The notes beneath the pieces are model-generated. The model was not told the origin of the DNA, searched no databases, and saw only the letters and a program-made list of their open reading frames with translations. The position numbers and the translations under genes are program-made. DNA of 64,000 nucleotides from NCBI GenBank assembly GCA_016788635.1, contig JAEUSU010000004.1, positions 37,018-101,017 of the forward strand. The letters run 5' to 3'. This DNA is from Flavobacteriales bacterium (GTDB lineage Bacteria > Bacteroidota > Bacteroidia > Flavobacteriales_F > PHOS-HE28). Positions 1 to 9,223 of this stretch are shown here, piece by piece (within the stretch, counting starts at the first letter, position 1; each line of letters starts with the position of its first letter).

Positions 1-2
1 CC

Positions 3-2198
3 ATGGCCGATGCATCCAAGCGTGCCGATGAAGCCCGCAAGGCCAAGGAACTGGAAGAGAAATATCAAGTCGTGATCGGGTCGGCGGACGCCCTCTTCAA
101 GAAGCAGCAGTGGGAACAGGCGAAGGCCAAGTACTCGGAAGCGCGCACACTGAAGCCCGATGAGAAGTATCCGGTGGACCAGTTGGCCGCCATTGAGAGC
201 GCATTGGCCGAGGCTGCCCGCGCGGCCGAAGAGGAAAAGCGCCGCAAGGAACTGGACGCGCAGTACGAGAAGGCCATCGCCACGGGAGACAAAGCACATG
301 CGTCAAAGAAGCTGACGGATGCGCTGAACGCTTACAAGGACGCGCTGCGGTTGAAGCCTGAGGAGCGCTATCCCGCCGATAAGGTGGCCGAGATCGAGCG
401 CACCATGGATGCAGAGGCGCGTGACAAGGCGGAGAAGGAGCGGGCCGAGCGCGAGGCGAAGGATGCCCTTGAGCGGTTCAATAGCCTGATGACAGCCGGG
501 GATAAAGCCTTCCAGGCCAAGCAATACGCGGATGCCCGATCGGCCTATACCGATGCCAGCACCATGCGGCCGGAGGAGAAGCGTCCCCGGGAGCGTCTGG
601 CGGAGATCGACCGCATCTTGGATGAGGAACGGCGCCAGGCGGATGAAGCCCGACTGAAGGCCGAACGCGACGCAGCAGAACGTGCCCGCCTGGAGGAGGA
701 GAAGCGCCGCAAGGAGTTGGAGGCCGCGGGGGAGGAAGCGAAGTATCGCGACCTGATCGCCCGGGCGGATGTGGCCTTCAGCAATGAGCGATGGGATCAG
801 GCACGCGAGGGCTACACGGCCGCAGTGGCCATGCGTTCAACCGACCCTTACCCGGTGAAGCAGTTGGGGGAGATCGAGCGGCTTATCGCCGAGCGGGAGC
901 GCCAGCGCCTCGATGCGGAACGCATGGCGGATGAGCACCGGCGATCGGAAGAAGAGCGTCGTCGACAGGCTGAACTGGATGCCGAGGCAGCACGTCTGGC
1001 AGCTGACGATGAACGCCGCAAATTGGAGGAGGAGAAGGCCAGGGAGGCGCAATACCGCCAGGCCGTGCTGCAGGGGGACGAGGCCATGGGTGCGAAAGAG
1101 TACGAGCAGGCACGCGGACATTATGCCATGGCATTGGACATCAAGCCCCACGAGACCTATCCACAGGCCAAGATGGAGCAGATCGACAAGATCCTGGAAG
1201 AGATCGCACGCCGGGAGCGCGAAGCACAGGAGCGGGCCACGGCCCAGCAGCCTGTGGCCACACGCAAGCGCGCAAATACGACCATTGACATGCGTAAGGA
1301 GGAGGAGGCGGAACGCTTCATGCGCGAAGCGCGTGAGCGTGAGGAGGCCGAGAAGTACGAGCGTGTGCGCCAGCAGCGCACGGACCTTGAAGAACAGGAA
1401 GCACAGCGCCAGGCGACGGCCCTGGCGCGCCGTGAACAGTCCCAACAGGACAACACGCGGATGGTGGAGAGTGGACCGGGCCTGTACCGTGGCAGTGACG
1501 ATGGCCGGCTGGCTGGCATTGAAGCTGTGATCGCCCAGAAAGAAGCGTTGGCAATGGCGGAGGAGCAGCGCCGGGATGCTGCGGCAGAGCGCCGTGACCA
1601 TGCGGTGAGCACGGCACAGGCCCAGGTGGGAGCCTCGCAGGATTCACACCGCACCTGGACGGAGCGCCAACAGGAACTGGCCGATGCGGTCCGGCGCGAG
1701 CAGGATGCCCAGGTGGCCAGGCAGGGATCGGTGGCGACATCAGCGGGTGAACGCACGACCGTTGCCAGACAGCAGGTGGAGGCACAGCAGCTGGCTCAGG
1801 AACGGGTCCAGCAAAGAGGGGACTTGCTCGCTGACCGGAACAAGGACGTGGTGGCAGATGAAAAGCAGATGCATGCCAACCGGGAGGCCCAGTTGATGAA
1901 CCGCTCGCAGGACAGGCGCATGTCCGCCCAGGAGCAACTGGCTGGCCTGCCGTCCGCACAGCAGCGCGCCATGGAAGCCCATCCGAACAGTCGTCTGGCC
2001 ACCGAATACCCGCCGGGTGTAACGGAGGAGAGCTACACCGAAGGCAACAAGGTGATCATCCGCCGGGTGGTGGTGCAGGGCAACCGGGCCGATGAGTACA
2101 GCAAGGTGATCGCCCGCTGGGGCACGTTCTATTTCAAGAACGGCCAGAGCATCTCCGAACACATCTGGAACCTGGACACGGACCCCTCACAGTATTGA
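3..2198 (+). CDS. Repeat-rich protein, 731 aa in frame from the window edge and probably 5' truncated. About 9 degenerate ~65-aa repeats (A..Y..A..LKP.E.YP...L.EIE..) precede a Q/R/E-rich low-complexity region and a conserved ~45-aa C-terminal tail.
   Basis: Periodic motif visible in the ORF-track translation; ORF begins at window position 3, so the N-terminus may lie upstream; no enzymatic motif recognised. Confidence 0.55.
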   Translation: MADASKRADEARKAKELEEKYQVVIGSADALFKKQQWEQAKAKYSEARTLKPDEKYPVDQLAAIESALAEAARAAEEEKRRKELDAQYEKAIATGDKAHASKKLTDALNAYKDALRLKPEERYPADKVAEIERTMDAEARDKAEKERAEREAKDALERFNSLMTAGDKAFQAKQYADARSAYTDASTMRPEEKRPRERLAEIDRILDEERRQADEARLKAERDAAERARLEEEKRRKELEAAGEEAKYRDLIARADVAFSNERWDQAREGYTAAVAMRSTDPYPVKQLGEIERLIAERERQRLDAERMADEHRRSEEERRRQAELDAEAARLAADDERRKLEEEKAREAQYRQAVLQGDEAMGAKEYEQARGHYAMALDIKPHETYPQAKMEQIDKILEEIARREREAQERATAQQPVATRKRANTTIDMRKEEEAERFMREAREREEAEKYERVRQQRTDLEEQEAQRQATALARREQSQQDNTRMVESGPGLYRGSDDGRLAGIEAVIAQKEALAMAEEQRRDAAAERRDHAVSTAQAQVGASQDSHRTWTERQQELADAVRREQDAQVARQGSVATSAGERTTVARQQVEAQQLAQERVQQRGDLLADRNKDVVADEKQMHANREAQLMNRSQDRRMSAQEQLAGLPSAQQRAMEAHPNSRLATEYPPGVTEESYTEGNKVIIRRVVVQGNRADEYSKVIARWGTFYFKNGQSISEHIWNLDTDPSQY

Positions 2199-2217
2199 GG
2201 GCCAGTTCTGTTCCTTG

Positions 2218-3705
2218 CTAACGCTTCTTCGCTGCGCGCAACCGCTCGATCAGGTCTGCGGCCTGTTCGGGTGTGATGGACTTGCCCACGATCTTCCGGT
2301 CACCGTCAAGCACAAAGAACTTGGGGGTGCTGTGCACATCCCAGGTATCCATGTAGTTCAGGCTTTCGATGGTGGTGATGGACGGGACGTACTTGCCCGG
2401 GTTCTTCCGGGCGTCCTTGAAGACGTTGGCGGTCAGCCCCACGTTCACCCAGCGCATGTCGTGTTCGCGGATGAACTTCCTCCAATCGGCGAACAAGGTG
2501 CTGTCCGTGGCCTTCGCCACGCTGAACACCTCGATCCCCTTGGGCTTGAGTATCTCCTGGTACTGTTTGTAAATGTCCGGGAGGGTCTTCTTGCAATGTC
2601 CACAATGGGGGTCCCAGAACACCACATATATGTACTCGTTCGGCAGCTTGTGCAGATCGATCCAGCGCTGTTCGGTGGTATCCGGCAGGATGATGTTGCG
2701 GCTCTTTGCACCGATCACGATCGGGGCCATCTTTCTGGCGCGTTCGCACATCTTTTTCAGTTTCTCCTCATCCATCCACACGGCGCGGCTTTTCTGGCCC
2801 GGGGGGGGGCAGTAGTAGGTTTCGGCCATGTGCACGAAAACGGCATCCATGCCCATGATCTCGCTGGTCTCGTACTTGTAGGTGATGTTGTGCACCACGA
2901 ACTTGAAGAGTTCTTCACTGGTGCCCAGCCGGCCAATGAGGTCGTCCGCCAGGCGGTTGATCGTATCGGGTATTTGAGGCACGATCTTGCCGATGTACTC
3001 TTCCAGCTTGTTCTGGAACATGGGCGTGCGCACGATGCGCTCATCCGTCAATGCCGTGTTGTCCCAGAAATGTTGCCGGAAGTTGTAATAGCTCGCCAGG
3101 CTGTCCACTTTGCCATCAGGGGTGGTCAACTCCACCTGCTCTGTAGGTATTCCCATGTTCACGATCACGGAGAACAGGGTGCCCGGGTATTGCTTCACCA
3201 ATTCAGCCTGGTGCTTTCGCACGCCAAGGTCGAGGTCTTCCAGCTGCTGCTTGGCCATGGAGCGCTGCAGCGGGTTCGTGGATGACTCCCGTTTCTCGCG
3301 GATGGCATCACCTTCCTTCTTCTTGTCGTTCAAAAAGCGGATGTAGTCATAGAAAGCCTTGTTCTGGACCGAATTCTTCACCACCATGCGCCCGTTCAGG
3401 TCCTCCCTGTCGGATTCCATCAGCACTTCAGGCTCATCCGCGATGAACTCGAAGTACTTCGGGCCGGGCACCACCACGGCATAAATGCCGGCCTTGTAAC
3501 CGCTGGGTCGGGCGAAGACCACCTCGGCTTTGGCGTTGGCCAGGGCCGTATCGGCGTAGTACAGGCGGTTGCCGTAGTAGTTGGCCAGATAAACCGTATC
3601 CCGGTCCTTCAGGCCGGTGATCTTGAACTCCAGCTTGCGCTTGTCCTGGGCTGAGGTCAACACCGGCAGGCCAAGCAGGAATAGAATGAAAAGGCAGTTA
3701 CGCAT
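2218..3705 (-). CDS. Secreted TlpA-like thiol-disulfide oxidoreductase (thioredoxin fold, CGHC active site) with a large N-terminal domain of unknown function
   Basis: Signal peptide MRNCLFILFLLGLPVLTSAQ; C-terminal WDPHCGHCKK CxxC motif and thioredoxin-like context (FFVLDGDRKIV). Confidence 0.75.
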   Translation of the reverse strand: MRNCLFILFLLGLPVLTSAQDKRKLEFKITGLKDRDTVYLANYYGNRLYYADTALANAKAEVVFARPSGYKAGIYAVVVPGPKYFEFIADEPEVLMESDREDLNGRMVVKNSVQNKAFYDYIRFLNDKKKEGDAIREKRESSTNPLQRSMAKQQLEDLDLGVRKHQAELVKQYPGTLFSVIVNMGIPTEQVELTTPDGKVDSLASYYNFRQHFWDNTALTDERIVRTPMFQNKLEEYIGKIVPQIPDTINRLADDLIGRLGTSEELFKFVVHNITYKYETSEIMGMDAVFVHMAETYYCPPPGQKSRAVWMDEEKLKKMCERARKMAPIVIGAKSRNIILPDTTEQRWIDLHKLPNEYIYVVFWDPHCGHCKKTLPDIYKQYQEILKPKGIEVFSVAKATDSTLFADWRKFIREHDMRWVNVGLTANVFKDARKNPGKYVPSITTIESLNYMDTWDVHSTPKFFVLDGDRKIVGKSITPEQAADLIERLRAAKKR

Positions 3706-3863
3706 GGGGCCGAAAATAGGTGGCGCTCCGGGGTGGGGCAGGCGGCTTTAACTTCTTGTTCACGAACCCGTTGCCAACGATCATGCCAGGGTAAAGGCAA
3801 CGCACGGGCATGGCCATCCGTCTTCCGGACGACTATCTTTACCGCTCATAACACTCTCCGCAC

Positions 3864-4214
3864 ATGTTCCGCACCCTGACCGCCCTTGCCTTTAGCGCCC
3901 TGACCACCTTCGTGGCGGCGCAGGACCGAACGGCCGATACCCCTGAAATGCTGGCAACCGCCACGGAACGCACTGCCGTGGTGGACCGTACAGTGAGCCT
4001 CAATGCCACCCAGAAGGAGGAAGTGAACGCAATGTACGTGGAGGTGGAACGCTACATGGCGGCCATCCGCCAGCGCTATGCCGGCCAACCCCAGGAAGTG
4101 ATCGATGGGGACATGCCCCTGCAGTATGCCAACATGGACCGGTACGTAACGGACCGGCTGGCCACGATCCTCACACCTGAGCAGTACTCCAGGTGGCAGG
4201 AAGCCAACAAATAA
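3864..4214 (+). CDS. Small secreted hypothetical protein (116 aa)
   Basis: N-terminal signal peptide MFRTLTALAFSALTTFVAAQ; no recognised domain. Confidence 0.45.
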   Translation: MFRTLTALAFSALTTFVAAQDRTADTPEMLATATERTAVVDRTVSLNATQKEEVNAMYVEVERYMAAIRQRYAGQPQEVIDGDMPLQYANMDRYVTDRLATILTPEQYSRWQEANK

Positions 4215-4234
4215 GGATCTGCAACAAGCTCGCG

Positions 4235-4263
4235 AAAGGCCGCCCCTCAAGGGTGGCCTTTTT
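4235..4263. terminator. Bidirectional hairpin terminator between the convergent small ORF and prfC
   Basis: GGCCGCCC-ctcaa-GGGTGGCC stem-loop followed by TTTTT on the + strand, immediately after both stop codons. Confidence 0.6.
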
Positions 4264-5867
4264 CATGTTGCCGCGACCGTGCTCAGTTTGAACTCGCTCG
4301 TGGTGTGGAAAGTGATCGCTGGATTCTCCCTGCGCTCCAAGTCCAGCATATAGGCGGAAGGGGCCATGTAAACAGGCGCACCATCCTTGTCATACACGAT
4401 CTGGGTCGTTTTCGCACGGATGAAGCGGTCCAGCGCTTCCTTATCCTCACTGGTAAGCCAGCAGGCCTTGTGCAGGTTCAACGGAGCAAAGGAGCACGCG
4501 GCGTTGTATTCGTGCTCCAGCCGGTAGCGGATCACGTCGAACTGCAGTTCACCCACGGTGCCCACCACTTTCTTGCTGCCCACTACTTGGGTGAACAACT
4601 GGGCCACCCCTTCGTCGGTGAGCTGCCGGATGCCCTTCTCCAGCTGTTTGCTCTTCATGGGGTCGTTATTCACCAGCTCGCGGAAGATCTCCGGCGAAAA
4701 GGTGGGCATGCCACGGAAGAAGAAGTTCGCGCCCTCGGTCAGGGTGTCGCCGATCTTGAAGTTGCCCGTATCGAAGAGCCCCACGACATCACCCGGCCAG
4801 GCTTCCTCCACCAGTGTCTTGTTGGCCGCAAGGAAGGTGGTGGGGTTGGCGAAGCGCAGCGGGCGACTGAGCCGCACGTGGTGGTAGAAGGTGTTGCGTT
4901 GGAAGCGACCGGAGCATACGCGGAGGAAGGCGATCCGGTCGCGGTGGTTGGGGTCCAGGTTCGCGTGGATCTTGAAAACGAAACCGCTGAAGGCAGGTTC
5001 ATCCGGTCGCACCTCACCGTGGTCGGTTGGGCGGGGCCCGGGCTGGGGGGCCAGTTCCGCAAAGGTCTCCAGGAGTTCCTTCACCCCGAAGTTGTTGAAG
5101 GCGCTGCCGAAGAACACAGGTGCCAACAGACCGCTGTGATACGCCGCCACGTCGAACGGGTCATAAACCCCCTGCACCAACTCGACATCCTCGCGCAGTT
5201 TGGCCGCGGCATCCGCACCGATCGTGTTCGCGAGCACGGGGTCACCCAGGTCCGATACAGCCACTTGGCTGTGTTCCACCTTGGTCTTGCCCGCCTCGAA
5301 CAGGCGCAGCCCTCCGCGGTAGAGGTCATATACCCCTTTGAATGTGGCACCGATCCCAATAGGCCAGGAGAGCGGCCTTACATGGATCGCGAGCTTTTGC
5401 TCCAACTCATCCAACAAGTCGAAGGCATCGCGGCCTTCAAGATCCATCTTGTTGATGAAGATCATTACCGGCGTGTGGCGCATGCGGCACACCTCCATGA
5501 GACGTTCGGTCTGGGCCTCCACGCCCTTCACACAATCCACCACCAGCACCACGCTGTCCACGGCGGTCAGGGTCCGGTAGGTGTCCTCGGCAAAATCCTT
5601 GTGTCCCGGGGTATCCAGCAGGTTCAGAAGCCGGTCCTTGTAGGGGAAGGTCATCACCGAGGTGGTCACCGAGATGCCGCGTTGCCGCTCGATCTCCATG
5701 AAGTCGCTGGTGGCCCCGCGCCGGATCTTGTTGCTCTTTACCGCACCGGCCGTCTGGATGGCACCTCCATACAGCAGGAACTTCTCCGTAAGGGTGGTCT
5801 TACCCGCGTCGGGGTGGCTGATGATGGCGAAGGTGCGTCGCCGGGCGATCTCTTCCTGGAGGGACAT
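4263..5867 (-). CDS. prfC: Peptide chain release factor 3 (GTPase)
   Basis: Motifs [24 protein letters not shown] and NKMD, with full-length RF3 collinearity. True start taken at MSLQEE (ATG at 5867), not the longer ORF-track start. Confidence 0.95.
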   Translation of the reverse strand: MSLQEEIARRRTFAIISHPDAGKTTLTEKFLLYGGAIQTAGAVKSNKIRRGATSDFMEIERQRGISVTTSVMTFPYKDRLLNLLDTPGHKDFAEDTYRTLTAVDSVVLVVDCVKGVEAQTERLMEVCRMRHTPVMIFINKMDLEGRDAFDLLDELEQKLAIHVRPLSWPIGIGATFKGVYDLYRGGLRLFEAGKTKVEHSQVAVSDLGDPVLANTIGADAAAKLREDVELVQGVYDPFDVAAYHSGLLAPVFFGSAFNNFGVKELLETFAELAPQPGPRPTDHGEVRPDEPAFSGFVFKIHANLDPNHRDRIAFLRVCSGRFQRNTFYHHVRLSRPLRFANPTTFLAANKTLVEEAWPGDVVGLFDTGNFKIGDTLTEGANFFFRGMPTFSPEIFRELVNNDPMKSKQLEKGIRQLTDEGVAQLFTQVVGSKKVVGTVGELQFDVIRYRLEHEYNAACSFAPLNLHKACWLTSEDKEALDRFIRAKTTQIVYDKDGAPVYMAPSAYMLDLERRENPAITFHTTSEFKLSTVAAT

Positions 5868-5987
5868 GCTCTTGCACTGCGCGGCTTTCCACGCGAAAGG
5901 CGGCAAAGGTACGGGGCACCAGCGCATGTAAGAGTGGAGAAGAGCGGTCCGCAGATACCTTTGGACTTCAACCTGACACCCGCCCCC

Positions 5988-7610
5988 ATGCGTCGAACAT
6001 TTTTCCTGCTGCTGACCCTTGCTGGCCTTTCCACCCAGGCCCAGAATCCCGTACAGCTCGAGCTGGTGCCTTGGGCGCAGAACATCACCAAGGTGGTGGA
6101 CCTTGCCCATTGCGGCGATAGTCGCTTGTTCGCCGTTCGCCAGGCCGGTGTCATCGTGATCATCACCGATAGCATGACGGTGCTTCCGACCCCCTTTCTT
6201 AACATCACCTCACTCCTGAACACCGGTAGTGAGCGCGGCCTGTTGGGTCTGGCCTTCGATCCGGACTATGCCACCAACGGACATTTTTATGTGTACTACA
6301 CCTTCGGTTCGGGTTCGGGTAGCTGCCGGATCTCGCGCTTCACCGTGAGCGCAGACCCCAACGTGGCCGACCCTGCGAGCCGTGTGGACATGTATGAGTG
6401 GACGCAACCATACAGCAACCACAATGGAGGAGGGCTGCTCTTCGGCCCGGATGGGAACCTGTACCTCGGCTTGGGCGATGGTGGCAGTGCCGGTGATCCA
6501 CAGGACAATGGGCAGGACCTGAGCAACCCCCTGGGCACCATCATCCGCATCCATCCCGAAAGCGATGGCTCATGGACGGTGCCAGCAGACAACCCCTTCG
6601 CTAATGCGGTGTCGGACACCCTGCCCGAAATATGGGCCTTTGGCCTGCGCAACCCCTGGCGCTTTGGTTTTGATGCGCTTACGGGTGATGTATGGATCGG
6701 TGATGTGGGGCAGAACAAATGGGAGGAAGTGGACTTCTGGCCCGGCGGGAACAACGATGGGCCGAACTTCGGCTGGCGCTGCTTCGAGGGGAATGCGGTG
6801 TATAACAATTCCGGCTGCGGCCCATTCAGCGATTACGTGCCCCCTGTTGCGGTGCACAATAACGTGGCCAACGGTGGCCCTTGGTGCTCCGTGATCGGCG
6901 GCAGGGTCTATCGCGGCTCGGTGTTCCCCAGGCTCTATGGCCGCTACATCTACACGGACTACTGCGCCGGCCAGTTCTGGTCCTTGTTACCCAATGGTTC
7001 CGGTGGTTGGGTGAACCAGAACCTGTTGTCAAGTGGACTGGCAGGTTTCGCGAGCATTATTGAAGGGCCTGACGGCGAGTTGTACGCCTGCAACGAATCG
7101 AACAACCGCGTTTACAAGATCAAGGACAAGTGCCCGATGGACCCGCCTGTGATCACAGTGACAGGGAGTGGGTTGGAAAGCTCACCCGCCAGCAGCTATG
7201 TATGGTATGTGGACGGCGTGGCCATTCCGGGTTCCAACAGCCAGACCTGGGTGCCAACCTCACCAGGCAACTACCACGTGGTGGGCAACATGGGGAATGG
7301 CTGTCTGCTTGCCAGCGATACCGTAATGAACGTGATGCCGGGCTTTCTGGAGCGGATGAACGAAGGATTCTCCATGATGCCCAACCCGGCTCGCGATGAA
7401 GTGTGGATCACCATGCCTGTAAATGCCGGCCCCGATGTGCGTGTGGAACTGCTCGACGCATCCGGCCGCGTGGTGCGTGACGCTCGCCCGGGAAGTGATG
7501 GCCGGGTGATGATGCGTACGGCTGACCTGATGCCAGGCACCTATGCCGTGGTGCTGCGCTCCGGTGCGCAGCGGGTGGCGGTCCCGCAACGCTTGGTGGT
7601 GGCCCGTTGA
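5988..7610 (+). CDS. PQQ-type soluble sugar (glucose/sorbosone) dehydrogenase-like beta-propeller protein with T9SS C-terminal sorting domain
   Basis: Signal peptide [19 protein letters not shown]; GSDH-like motifs ([41 protein letters not shown]). The C-terminal ~80 aa are a typical Por-secretion tail. The 5' part of the ORF-track ORF 4305-7610 is antisense to prfC and was discarded. Confidence 0.8.
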   Translation: MRRTFFLLLTLAGLSTQAQNPVQLELVPWAQNITKVVDLAHCGDSRLFAVRQAGVIVIITDSMTVLPTPFLNITSLLNTGSERGLLGLAFDPDYATNGHFYVYYTFGSGSGSCRISRFTVSADPNVADPASRVDMYEWTQPYSNHNGGGLLFGPDGNLYLGLGDGGSAGDPQDNGQDLSNPLGTIIRIHPESDGSWTVPADNPFANAVSDTLPEIWAFGLRNPWRFGFDALTGDVWIGDVGQNKWEEVDFWPGGNNDGPNFGWRCFEGNAVYNNSGCGPFSDYVPPVAVHNNVANGGPWCSVIGGRVYRGSVFPRLYGRYIYTDYCAGQFWSLLPNGSGGWVNQNLLSSGLAGFASIIEGPDGELYACNESNNRVYKIKDKCPMDPPVITVTGSGLESSPASSYVWYVDGVAIPGSNSQTWVPTSPGNYHVVGNMGNGCLLASDTVMNVMPGFLERMNEGFSMMPNPARDEVWITMPVNAGPDVRVELLDASGRVVRDARPGSDGRVMMRTADLMPGTYAVVLRSGAQRVAVPQRLVVAR

Positions 7611-9223
7611 TCGTGAGCAACGGTTCAGTGAGCGTATCGCGGCGCGTGGCGCTGGATCTCGCGGCCACACACCGGTTCGAGCCCATTGTGCTCGACCACC
7701 TGGCTGATGACCTCTTTTTGAAGGACTTCCGCACCCATCCGTTCGATCGCCAGGGATTGGAAGCCGCCGCCGCTGCGCGTGCGTTCCCGGAGGAACGGCG
7801 GGCCGTGCTCTTCGACGCGTTGGAACGCCAGTATCTGAATAGCGATCCGCATCCCGCCGTCCGTGCCAATCTGGACCTGCTCGCCCGGCCGGGAACATTG
7901 ACCGTGACCACGGGACATCAGCTCTGCCTGTTCACGGGTCCCCTGTACGTACCGTTCAAGATCCTCAATGCAGTCCGCCTTGCCCGTGAGTTGAGTACGG
8001 TGGAAAGGCCGGTGGTTCCGGTTTTCTGGATGGCCACGGAAGATCACGATCGCGCCGAGATCGACCATGCCTGGTTGAACGGCCACAAGGTGCATTGGCC
8101 TGGCGATACAGAAGGTGCGGTGGGGCATTTGTACCTGCATGGAATGGCTGCGGTGCTGGATGCTGCAAGGGCCGCACTGGGCCAAGGGCCGCATGTGCAG
8201 GAAGTTGAGGATGCCCTGAGGAACTGCTACCGCGATGGGGTGACCCTCGCACAAGCCACGCGCGACTTCGTGCACCACCTGTTCGGCCGCTTTGGTGTCG
8301 TGGTCATCGACGGCGATGATGCCGCGCTGAAAGCGCAGTTCGCACCCATCCTGCAGGAGGAGTTGCTCAACAGCATCACCGAACGAACGGTGCGTTACGC
8401 GAATGACAAGCTCAGCGTGCGGTACCATACCCAGGCGCACGTCCGGCCCATCAACGTATTCCATCTCCTTGAAGGGAAACGTGAACGCATCGTGGCTGAG
8501 GATAGCGGTTATCGTGCGCTCGAGGGGCCTTCATGGCCAACGCCGGACACCTTGATGGATGAAGTGGTGGCGCATCCGGAGCGTTTTTCCCCGAATGTGC
8601 TCCTGCGTCCGGTCTATCAGGAGTTCGTATTGCCCAACATCGCCATGGTGGGCGGGGGGGGTGAGATCGCCTACTGGTTGCAGTTGCGCTGGTTGTTCCA
8701 GGCCGTTCAGGTGCCCATGCCGGTGCTGGTGCTGCGCACCTCCGCGTTGCTCCTGGGCGCGCGGGATGCCCATCGCCTGCTTGACCTGGGCCTGGACCTG
8801 TCCGACCTCTTCGCACCGTTGGATGACCTGCGGTCCCGTGTGGCCAAAGACACGGCCTCTTTCCGTACCGATCTCGCCGATGAGCGTTCGCGATTGAACG
8901 AACTGTTCGAGACGCTTGCCCAACGCGTGAAGGATGCGGATCCGACCCTTGAAGCCAGTGTGCGCGGGGAGGCCCAGAAAGCCGCCAAGGGATTGGACCA
9001 TCTGGAACAAAAGCTCATCCGTGCAGCCAAGCGCGAACAGGAGCAGATGCTGCAGCGGCTTGACCGGATCCATGCCCATGCATTTCCCGAAGGAGTGCTT
9101 CAGGAAAGAAGGGAGAACATACTGCCGTGGCTCGTACGCCATGGCACTCCACTGCTGGACCATCTGCTGGCCGGCCTGGACCCGCTGGAGAAGCGGTTCA
9201 GCGTACTTGTGCTCGATCAGTGA
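7607..9223 (+). CDS. bshC: Bacillithiol biosynthesis cysteine-adding enzyme BshC
   Basis: TGHQLCLFTGPLYVPFKILN and VPVFWMATEDHD motifs and ~540 aa length, characteristic of BshC (YllA family). Confidence 0.8.
   Translation: MIVSNGSVSVSRRVALDLAATHRFEPIVLDHLADDLFLKDFRTHPFDRQGLEAAAAARAFPEERRAVLFDALERQYLNSDPHPAVRANLDLLARPGTLTVTTGHQLCLFTGPLYVPFKILNAVRLARELSTVERPVVPVFWMATEDHDRAEIDHAWLNGHKVHWPGDTEGAVGHLYLHGMAAVLDAARAALGQGPHVQEVEDALRNCYRDGVTLAQATRDFVHHLFGRFGVVVIDGDDAALKAQFAPILQEELLNSITERTVRYANDKLSVRYHTQAHVRPINVFHLLEGKRERIVAEDSGYRALEGPSWPTPDTLMDEVVAHPERFSPNVLLRPVYQEFVLPNIAMVGGGGEIAYWLQLRWLFQAVQVPMPVLVLRTSALLLGARDAHRLLDLGLDLSDLFAPLDDLRSRVAKDTASFRTDLADERSRLNELFETLAQRVKDADPTLEASVRGEAQKAAKGLDHLEQKLIRAAKREQEQMLQRLDRIHAHAFPEGVLQERRENILPWLVRHGTPLLDHLLAGLDPLEKRFSVLVLDQ

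Noticed and set aside
4305-5987. 5' portion of the 1101-aa + ORF that overlaps prfC
   Set aside because: This stretch is antisense to prfC and has no signal peptide or domain. The real secreted GSDH-like protein starts at the internal ATG 5988 with a clear signal peptide.
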